Shown here: piece by piece, positions 37,096 through 49,308 of the stretch
Position numbering within the stretch: the first letter of the stretch is position 1
Layout: each line of letters starts with the position of its first letter
Source: the human T2T-CHM13v2.0 reference genome, Homo sapiens
Assembly: GCF_009914755.1 (NCBI RefSeq)
Contig: NC_060941.1
Length of the DNA: 64,000 nt
Direction: 5' to 3' (one strand)
Translations under genes and position numbers: made by a program
The notes under the pieces: generated by a model
Database searches by the model: none
What the model was told of the DNA's origin: nothing
What the model saw: the letters and a program-made list of their open reading frames with translations, nothing else

Positions 37096-37662
37096 CTAGA
37101 GCAAAGATCTGGAGGAAACGAGGGAGTGAGCCGTTCAGCGACCTGGGGAAAGACGCTTCCGGCAGTGGGGACAATCAATGCAAAGGCCCTGCCATGGGAA
37201 TGCACCTGATATGTTTGAGGATCAGCAAGGAGGCCAGTGTGGCTGCAGCAGAAGCAAGAGGGACAGTGGTAGGGGTGAGGGATACGGGGCCAGAGCAGGC
37301 AGTCCTTGTAAAGACAGTGGCTTTTGCTCAGAGTGAGACGGGAGCTGCTGTGGGGCTTCCAGGAGAGGAGCACCGAGGTGGTCTGATTGATGTTGCCAAA
37401 GCATCTCCCTGGCTGCTGTGTTGAGAACAGACTGTAGGAGGGTCAGTGTTGAGGCCGAGAGGCATAGCCGACTCCCCTTCCAGGGGAGAGTGGTGCCTAG
37501 ACCACGCCAGTGGCATTGAAGGTGATGACAAGGGGTTGGATCTGGAATGTATTCTGCATTTGGGACAGAGAGGATTTCCTGACAGCCCGTGCCCAGGCCC
37601 AGGCCTGGTCCCAAAGCACCTTCTGCAACCTTCGGGCAGGCTGAGCATCTTTCCTCCTGCAG

Positions 37663-37751
37663 GGACCCCAGACAGCAATGATGTGGACAGCAACGACCTG
37701 GAGAGACAAGGCCTACTTTCGGGCGCTGGCGCCTCTACAGAGGAGCCCTGA
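37663..37751 (+). CDS. SPNS3: SPNS3 last coding exon, (G)TPDSNDVDSNDLERQGLLSGAGASTEEP*
   Basis: ttcctcctgcag|GG completes the phase-1 Gly codon; TGA at 37749-37751. Confidence 0.93.
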
Positions 37752-38045
37752 GGTCCCTGCCTACACTCGTCCTGCCTGCAAGCCTCCCGTTGGTCCCCAC
37801 AGCAGCAGTGCCTCGGTTCCTCTTTGGCTGTCCTCGGGGACTCCGGCTGAGGCACATCTGCCACTTTTGAATTCCCGGCTGGAGAGCTGGCAGGACCCTG
37901 TGGCTGGGCTGGGAATGGAGCTGTCAGCACTCTGCGTGGGAGGCCTGGGCCTGTGCCTGCATCCCGCTCAAGGCTGCCCCAGCCTGGGGTCTCCAGCCTG
38001 GCTGCTGCTGGGCCCTGAATAAAGAGAGGCCAGTACAAAGCCCAT
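37752..38045 (+). other. SPNS3: SPNS3 3' UTR (end approximate)
   Basis: Sequence between the stop codon and about 20 nt past AATAAA. Confidence 0.75.
38018..38023 (+). terminator. Polyadenylation signal AATAAA of SPNS3
   Basis: Canonical hexamer about 270 nt after the stop, with U/GU-rich sequence downstream (ggattttggg, gtgttattt). Confidence 0.85.
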
Positions 38046-38287
38046 GGATTTTGGGCCTGTAGACAGCCGTGTTATTTATAGCCTCTCGTGCCTCTGCTGG
38101 AGGGGAAGTGGGTGAGGACGGGATGGGCAGTCCAGGCCAAGGATGCAGGGCTGTCCTGAAGTGGGGAAGCTGGGGGGCTGGCTCAGCATGGGTCTCTAGG
38201 GGTCCGCAGCCTGGACCTCCCACTCTGACCCAGCTTCTCCATTCTGCAAAGTCACAGGCACAGGACACCCTCTACGTGATTCCACTC

Positions 38288-38586
<299 letters not shown>

Positions 38587-39588
38587 AACTCCACCCTTTG
38601 AACAAAACGTGGGGGCTGAATCTTGCTCTTGGAGATGAGTTTCCACTTGGGTGCTGGGGTGGGGATGTGGCTCCAAGTTCCAGGGAACCACGCAGAGGAA
38701 CCCACGCCTATACAGACACGGGCGCAGCGGCCCCAGAACCCTGCTGAGGACTTGAGTGGCCGTGCAGGGATCCTCCTGGCCTGCCCAGTTCTGTAGCCCC
38801 GGTCTTCCCTGGGTCCACGCTCTGACCCCAGCACAGCGTATGGGGAGGGCTGGCTCTGCGGGGCCCACGCTTGCCACTGGGTTCAGAGCAGCTGGGCTCA
38901 GCGGGCCCTGTGGGAGATCGACAGCTTCCAGGCGGGCAGCAGTGGGGAGGCTTGTTCTCATGTTCTTTCCGCCTCCCCTGGTGCCCAGCCAGGCGATCAC
39001 TTGCTCACTCACCGATGGCCACCTTCGCTGTGCCAGGCTGTGCCTGTCTCCCAGCAGCTGCAGGCAGAGCAACGACCGAGACTCCTGCGCAGCCCCTGAT
39101 GCTTGCTGCTCTGTCCCTGCCTTCTGTGGGGTGCCCCCCAGCCCTCCCTGTTGGCTGCAACAAGCCCCAGGAGCAGGGCCGCACCACAGCCAGCCCTCCC
39201 TGCAGGCTAGCCAGGCCCTTGACCGTGACTCAATGCTTGGAGCTTATGCAACAGGCAGCCCTTCAAGTTACAAGGTAAAAGATCTGTGAGGATATTTTGT
39301 TTTTCCTGAGAAGGAGGCAGCAACTGGGCAGGAGCCAGGATGCCACGGTCCCTCTCAACATTCACTGGCTGTGTGACCTAGGTGGCTCCCTGACTCCCTG
39401 GCTGTGTTTGAGAGGTGTGTTGACATGGCTTTCTAGCCTGGGCCTCATGTGATTAGCACAGGCTGGGTCTAGACCCACAGAAGCCCAGCTCCAGGGTCTG
39501 AACCTTCCTCCCAACAGCCCCAGGGAGGACCCCTGCAAGGCGAGGCTCCCGGAAAATGAGTGAGGGCCGCCCAAGGGTCAGAACACTC

Positions 39589-39893
39589 AGCTGGGCACAG
39601 CGGCTCACGCCTGTAATCCCAACACTTTGGGAGGCAGAGGCTGATGTATTGCTTGAGGTCAGGAGTTCAAGACCAGCCTGGGCAACATGGTGAAACCCCG
39701 TCTCTACCAAAAATACCAAAACATACCTGGGCGTGGTGGCACGCATCTGTGGTCCCAGCTCTGGGAGGCTGAGGTGGGAGGATCGCTTGATCCTGGGGAT
39801 GGGGGGTGGAGTTCGTCGTGAAGGGAGATGGCACCACTGCACTCCAACCTGAGTGACACAGTGAGACTTTGTCTTAAAAAAAAAAAAAAAAAA
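39589..39893 (+). mobile_element. AluJ-like element
   Basis: Dimer; flanks agaacac. Confidence 0.87.
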
Positions 39894-40951
39894 GAACACC
39901 AGCTGCCACCTCCCCACCCAGAGTCCAGTAGAGGAAGAGCAAGAACCTCGTTCATGCCAACTCTACAAACATGCATTGGTATCGGCGGGTGCCCATCAGG
40001 GTGTCCAGCAGTGAATCAGACTCCAGCCCTGCCCTTGGACCTCGCAGCCCACAGCAGGACAGGCAAGTGTGGCACACCTATGGGCAGAGTAAGGGCTTCC
40101 GTGCCCCAGAAGCCTTCAAGGAAGTGGCTTTGGAGTTGGTAACAAGGTGGGGGGCAAAGGGAATTCTAGATGCAGGGGATGGACCCACAAAGAGGGGGAG
40201 AGTGGGGCAGAAGATTTGCAGTGAGTCATGGAGGGGTGTGGTATGGCCAGAGAGGAGGGTGCGTGTGTCATTGAGCGGGGAGAGGAGGTGAGAGAGGCCC
40301 TCTGGGATCAGAGGGGCGTCAGATGTAGGTCCAGGAGCTGGGGCTTTAATCCTATAATCCAGGGTAGTTTCTTATGACTCAAGTGCATTCTGATATTTGG
40401 GTTGCTGGGCAGGGCAAGGCGGTACTTCCCAAGGCTGAGCCACACGAGGTGCCCAGCTGGGAGTTTATAGGAAGCTATTGTCTAAAGTGGTTTGGGGCAG
40501 AGTGGGAGCTCTGGGGCTGGTGGACGCGGCAAGTGACAGAGACCAATATCTCCTCTGCAGCCAACCCAGACTCCCACCTCCTGCCTCTTTGGGGCCAGTC
40601 CTGGTGGGTCGAGGTTACGATAACAGCCTGGGGGAACCCAGCCACTCAGGCTGGAGTGGAGTCTGGTAAACAGAACACATCTTCCTCGCCTAAAGGCCCT
40701 TGTTGGGTAATCTCAGCCACGAATACTCTGGACTTGTTTGTTGGGAATGTCAAGAGGAGGAAAAATGCTGTTCAGCAGGATGAGTCCTTAAGCCTGACCT
40801 GACTCTCTTTATGTGTTAATTGCTCTTTCCAGACATAAGCTGCATTCCAGCTGTCAGGTATTATCCAGGCATGGAGGTATCTCTGTGTGCGTGTGCCTGT
40901 ACCTGTGTGTGCATCACCATGTTGGCGTGTGGCCACATGGGGGTATGCTAG

Positions 40952-41417
<466 letters not shown>

Positions 41418-42052
41418 TAAAAGCTCTTTTTCCACTTTGTCCTGAAGGTTGAGGGGGTTGAACCTGTGTGTCTGGATTCCCACACCCTAACCCTGGCTTG
41501 TTGCTCTGCAACATCAAATATTGGTCTGTTTCATTCCCTGAAGTGTTTGACTTTGCTTTGTGCCTGGGTGGGCTTGGGAGGTTGTTTAATCTAATGCAGC
41601 CTCTACAGACAAAGCTGGCAGCAGGCAGCTGGAGGTTCCGGGAGCCATGCTTTATCTCAGCACAGACAGGTGTGTGACTGCGTGTGCTCCTGTGTGACCA
41701 TATCAGTTTGGGTTGTGGGGTTGTATGCAACGGAAACAGACTGACTACCTCTACCAGGCAAAGGATGCATTGAAAGCACATCAGGAACTCATAGAATTGA
41801 TGAGAAGGTTGGAGATTCAGGAGCCAGGGTTCCTGGGCCATATTATTTTGGGGTCTGTGCCAGAACTCCAGATATTTTATCCCTATTCTTTTGCCACCCT
41901 CCTCAAGATTTAAAGCCCTGGGCAAGAGATTCCAGTTGGGTTAGCTTGGATCCTATACCCATGCCTTGGTTTATAGCCGCATTAAGACCAGCAGACCAGT
42001 GTGCCGTTAGGAAGAGGAAGGAAGTCTCAGCACCAAAACAAAACAGGAATTA

Positions 42053-42372
<320 letters not shown>

Positions 42373-43499
42373 CAAGATGACAGAAAACAAAAACAAAGGT
42401 AGCATCCACTACAATATCTCGGGCAGGCCACTGGCCATCTCTGAGGTGCAGCCTCTCCATGGGATGGGGAAGAGGCTGGACTCGATGCCCTTCGGTGGAG
42501 TCTTTATTTCTGATAGTCTGCATCCATGATGAAAAGAGACTGAAGCTTCTGTAATGTAGAAAGTGTTAAAAATGTTCAAATGGCAGAACAGGAACTTCTG
42601 TGTTAGTGGGGACTCAGAGCCATCTGTTCTGAGCAGGAGAGAGAGGCAGAGACGAAGCATTCTGAGCAAAGATAGGCTCGGGCTGGGGGAGGGAACGGGG
42701 GCCCCAACCAGTCCTCAGCTTGGCAACAGCAAGAGCAGAGAGGAGGTGCCTTCTCCCCACCGTGGGTGGTGACCTGCGGGGAAGGCTAATCAAAGGGTGG
42801 AGGCAAACAGCAGGTGGAAGCTAATGGAGGGTGGAGTCAATCAGGAAGAAAATGCCTTTTCCAGAGGAACCAGGAGACGAATCTGGTTTCTGAGTCATTC
42901 AGAGCAACAGACGCGTGATGCAAATCAATGTACATTTCCTGAGCACCTGCTAAATGTCATTTACTCATTCAATCAACAAACATTCTTTGAGCACCTCCTC
43001 TGTACTGGCTCGTGGAGATGAATCAGAAAGGGTACGGGCCCTCGAGGCTCACGGTCTGTTGGTGAAGGGCGGGGGACAGATTCTTGCACAGACAAAAATC
43101 AGCACAGTGTTGGTGTGATGGAAGGATACACAGGTTACTCAATAGCCCAGAGGAGGAAATGGTTGTTCAGGTGGGCCGGGGAAGGCTTCCCGGAGGAAGC
43201 TGTTTCTGTGCTGGGTTCCTGAAGGACAAGTGGGAAGAGTGAATAGGCCACACAGGCAGAGCATGCCTCAGTCAGGGTCGGGGTCAGGGGTTGCACGCGG
43301 GATGCTCTCCATGGTCCTGAATCATCGCTGTGCTAGTGGGACAAGGGCTTTTTTGTTGATAGGAGGACAGGGGCTATAGAATAGTGCCCCAATTCTTGCC
43401 CCTCCCCCAGGCTCCAGGAAGTATTATAACTGTGAGTTCAAGAAGCTCCATGTTCAGTGTGGCAGAGGGTAATTTTGAGAGATGGGCCGTAGGATCTGA

Positions 43500-43856
<357 letters not shown>

Positions 43857-43881
43857 AGGAACGTAGACATTTTTAACCCTA

Positions 43882-44324
<443 letters not shown>

Positions 44325-44714
44325 TTACAAGGGTCCAGGTAAGACACAGAGAGGCCTGAGCTAAGCCAGTGGGCAATGTGGACGTGGGGAGATGTTCAAG
44401 AGAGGAAATTGAAAGCCCTTAGATGTGGCTGTTGAGGAGAAGGAGCCCCACATGGCTCCCAGGCTTTCTGCTTGGCGACAGTGTGGATGATGGTGTTTTT
44501 GACAAAAGATAAATGATACCAGAGTGGGAGCAGGTTGGGGGAAGGATGACAAGTTCAGTTTCAAATGTGCTGAGCCTAAGGTACATGTGGGATATCTGGT
44601 GGGGGGCACGTGTAGGAGGCTGCATATGGATCTCGTGTTTGGAGATGAGGCCCTGTCTAGAGATGGAGGTTGGGGTGTCATAGTCACATGGATGATCATT
44701 GAAAGTTGAGGCCA

Positions 44715-44829
44715 CAGCTGCACATGGTGCTCACCCCTCTAACCCCAGCATTTTGGTAGGCTGAGGTGGGAGGATCACTTGAGCCCTAGAGTTTGAGACC
44801 AGCCTGGTCAACATAGTGAGACCTTTTTC

Positions 44830-44873
<44 letters not shown>

Positions 44874-45520
44874 CTGGGTGTGGTGGTGCACGCTTATAGT
44901 CCCAGCCTTTTGGGAAGCTGAGGTGTGGATCCTCAGGAGAGGAAGACTCTTCTTTTTTATATATATATTTTTATTTTTTGTTATTATTTTTTTCTTCCTG
45001 AGATGGAGTCTTGCTCTGTCACCCAGGCTGGAGTATGAAAGTCTCCGTTTCTCTGTCTTTGCTCCTGTCTGTCTTGGCTCTCTCTTTTTTTTTGTTTTTT
45101 GTTTTTTTGTTTTTTGTTGTTGTTGTTGTTTTGAGACGGAGTCTCACTCTGTCACCCACGCTGGAGTGCAGTGGTGTGATCTCGGCTCACTACAACCTCC
45201 GCCTCCTGGGTTCAAGCAATTCTCCTCCCAAGTAGCTGGGATGACAGGCGCATGCCACCGCACCCAGCTAATTTTTGTGTTTTCACTAGAGATGGGGTTT
45301 CTCCATGTTGGCTAGGCTGATCTTGAATTCCTGACCTCAAGTGATCTGCTCGCCTTGGCCTCCCAAAGTGCTGGGATTACAGGCATGAGCCACCGCGCCC
45401 AGCATCAGGAAGCCCCTTCTTAAGGAGGATCCCTTGAGCCCAAGAGGTCAAAGTTATGATGAGCTATGATTGCACCACTGCGTTCCAGCCTGGGTGACAG
45501 AGAGAGACCCTGCCTCTTAA
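44715..45520. mobile_element. Composite: sense AluJ-like element split by antisense Alu pieces (about 44950-45035, 45085-45402)
   Basis: Sense arm stops at gctgaggtg and resumes at ggaggatcccttgagccc (45424). Confidence 0.8.
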
Positions 45521-45891
45521 AAATTTTTTCAAAAAAAGTAAATTTCAGGCCTAGGTGAGAGGCTGCCAAGGGGGAAGGGAAACAACCGAGGCCTGAGCCC
45601 TGGAGACACTCCCATGTGGGAGGATGGGCAGAGGGCAGATGGGCTGAGCTCCCAATTACCAGCCAAGGAGGAGCAAGTGCATTCTAGGCCAGTGTTTCTC
45701 AGAGTGTGTCCTGCAGAGCTCTCGTCTTGCAAGACATTCTGTGGTCACACACACCTGGGAACGTGGCATCCTATATCTCCCTCTGGGAGACTCAGAGCAT
45801 GTATTCTCATAGTAAAGGCTCTCAAAAGTCCCTAAGGAAACCTACTTTTCTGTGTTTATCCCACTACTTCCCAAGTATGCCTGCTCTTTGA

Positions 45892-46294
<403 letters not shown>

Positions 46295-48668
46295 TGATCT
46301 AGACCTAATGAATGAATATCAGAAGGTCCTTTAGCCACGGAGTTCAGCCTCCTGTTATACTGATGAAGAAACAGAATCCCGCCCAGTCTGAGGGCAGCGT
46401 GCAGTGGAGGAAGTGCTGGATTAGAGGGTAAACACACCTGGGTTTAGTCCATGCACTGTCATTTACCAGGTGTTCGACCTTGGGCAAATTACTTCTTTTC
46501 CCTGGGCCTCAGTTTCTTCATTGGCGAGATGGAGGAAAGAACCCTACCAGTCCTCTGTCTGACAGCCCCAGGTTACTGCCAGAGCTTCTCAGAAGGCTGT
46601 AGGGATTTGTCCTGGGCTGCACAACCAGAAAGGGCTTCTTGTCCTCCCTGTCCCTCTGCCCTTGGTGGCCCCTTATCCCACACAAGGACTTATTCTAGAG
46701 GCTGCCTTTGAGTTGAAACCCCAGTGAAACACAGTGGGAAGGGCTGGCTTGCTTGGTGGCAGCTCAGAGGTCCCCCAGGTTTGAAAGGCTCATGCCACCC
46801 TCTTCCCCTGCTCTGGGACCTTCCCAGTGGTGAAAAGGGAAGGCAGCAGAAAGAGAATGCTCCCCTTTCTGTCAAGGCCGAAAGTGTCCACCTGGACAGG
46901 ACTGTGGCCAAAGGGATGAGGAGTTTTGAGGCACGGGAAGGGGACCCTGGGGTTGGGTCTAGAGTTGTGGTTGTGCCTCCTTCACCATTAGACACAGTTC
47001 CACAGCTGGGCAGCCTCCCACAGCTGGACTCTGTCCACCTGCTGGCACCATCACACACTTACGAGATCATTGCTGGGGCCGGGTTCTAGCCCCACGGAGC
47101 TCCTAGCTCTCTGTCCTTGTTTGTTAATCACCCGTCATGCCAGGCCACCATGGGGAACTCCCCCCATCCGCCTTTGCAGGCCTGAGCTCAGCGAGCTGGA
47201 AAGAGGCAGCAGGCAACTTTGAGAATGAAATCTGTTTTCCTAACCCTCCCGTCACAGTCATTCATACCCAGCACGCTGAAGCATATTTTTAGTCACTTTG
47301 CAGAATTTAAAATACACCTCGAAGGCGCCAAGAAACACCAGCTTGGGGATTAACTCTGCTCACAAGAGACAGTGGAGGGGGGCGGGGGGGGTGCCTCGTG
47401 CTGTGTCACCCGTTGGCTATGCCATGACTCACTGTGGCCGACAGCTTCATCAGATGCACCTGCCTGTGGACGTGGGGTCCGGAAAAGCCTGTAGCGGGGA
47501 GTGAGCTCCAGCCCTCGGGGATGATGCCAGAGCCTGGGGCAGCTCCAGCCCTGCCACAGCTTCACTGCCTGTTCGTAATGGGTCACGTCCGTGCCCTGGG
47601 ACTTGTCTGTGAAACACAGGGAATGATTAACTGGTTTCCGAGGGTTTGTCCAGTTCTAACATTCTGTCCTCTGCACTTTATACAGGATTTTAATTTCGAT
47701 TTTAATTCCCCAAACAGGTGAATGGGGGAGGGAAGGGGGAGATCGTCACAGAGCCACAGCACCTCTAAGGAGGGGTGAAACCGTGATGGGATGTCAGGAA
47801 CACAGAAGCACCCCAACCACTCTCCATAGGAGGCAGACCCCCGCCCCGTCCCACCAAGGGGAGGTGACCACCCGTGGATTTCCAGACTGAATCCCATCCT
47901 GCCATCTGCCCCCAGATACAGAAATGGAGGCCCAGAGAGTGGGTGTCATGTTCAGGATCATGCCACACACCAGGGCAGAGCTGAGCTAGGACCCAGCCTC
48001 CTGTCTGCCACTGGGGGCTTTGTACCCTCTCTAGCACATACCTGGAAGTCTGAAGCTTGGAGATGTGGTCCCTCAGGAGGGAAAGCCCCTTCTGAATATC
48101 CTGTTTCTGTTGGGCCCCAATCACAGCCCTTGCTCTCCCCGCCAGGGGCTGCGGGCCACTCTGTGGGGCAAGGGTAGGGTCCGGGTGCCCACACAGGAAT
48201 GGGCCCGGGGTAGGTTGGGGGCTGGATCTGGGTTGCCCTGGGGAGGTGGGAGACACAGCCCACCATGACTGGTGGAGGTCTAGGTTCTGGGCCCTCCCTG
48301 AACTGGTTAAATCCGGGCGTGTGAGTATCGGAGGAGCCACCGGCTCTCCAACTGGCGCCCCTGACTTTAGCCATCTGAGACTCCTCTCTCCAGTTCTCCC
48401 AGATACGCTAGGCTCAAGCCCTCAGCCCGGCTCCCAGAGCCTCCGCCGGGAGTCCACGCCCGAGGCAGGGGTTGGGTGAAGGGTACTGAGTAGGTGCTGG
48501 GAGCCCCGTCACCAGCACCCTGCTCCCAGCTCCGTAGCCAGAGCAAACCCTCTCCCGCTCCCCGCGGGCGTTCGCGGCCGGTCGGCCCCGGCGTGACTGC
48601 GCCCCCATTGGCAGGAGGGGCTCTGCCGCCCGGGCCCCCAGTCCCCGGGCCCCCCACCCCCAGGGCAG

Positions 48669-48733
48669 CACGTGCGGGGCGGGGCTGTGGCCCGAGCCCG
48701 GAGCTGATTGGGCGCGGGCCTGGTGGGCGGGGC
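48669..48733 (+). promoter_or_regulatory. TATA-less core promoter motifs: E-box CACGTG (48669-48674), GC boxes (48676-48685, 48724-48733), inverted CCAAT ATTGG (48707-48711)
   Basis: Exact consensus matches clustered 200-270 nt upstream of the SPNS2 ATG. Confidence 0.65.
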
Positions 48734-48938
48734 CGGGCCGCAGCTGTCAGAGCCGCGGCGGCGAACGAGGCGCAGCGAGCTGAGCGGTGGCAGCGCCGCA
48801 GCCGGGGCCGGAGCGCAGGAGCCGACGGGGCCCGACCAGGATGGTGCAGTGGCGGCTCCGCGGCGCACGCACGCGCTGAGCGGGCCCAGCCTGGGCCCCG
48901 CGCCCCCCGCGCCCCCCGCCGCCCCGATCCGGGCCGGC

Positions 48939-49308
48939 ATGATGTGCCTGGAATGCGCCTCGGCGGCGGCGGGCGGCGCGGAGGAGGAGGAGGCGGACGC
49001 GGAGCGGCGGCGCCGGCGCCGGGGGGCGCAGCGAGGGGCTGGCGGTAGCGGTTGCTGCGGGGCGCGGGGCGCGGGCGGCGCTGGAGTCTCGGCCGCGGGC
49101 GATGAGGTGCAGACGCTGTCGGGCAGCGTAAGGCGGGCCCCGACCGGACCCCCCGGCACCCCCGGCACCCCCGGCTGCGCAGCTACTGCAAAGGGCCCCG
49201 GCGCTCAGCAGCCCAAACCGGCCAGCTTGGGCCGCGGGCGGGGGGCAGCCGCCGCCATCCTCAGCTTGGGCAACGTGCTCAACTACCTGGACAGGTACAC
49301 CGTGGCAG
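48939..49308 (+). CDS. SPNS2: SPNS2 exon 1 CDS (370 nt), [28 protein letters not shown]...[17 protein letters not shown](G)
   Basis: ATG at 48939; TM1 Spinster motif NYLDRY (Asp118/Arg119 by count); donor CAG|gtgagc; phase 1. Confidence 0.97.
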
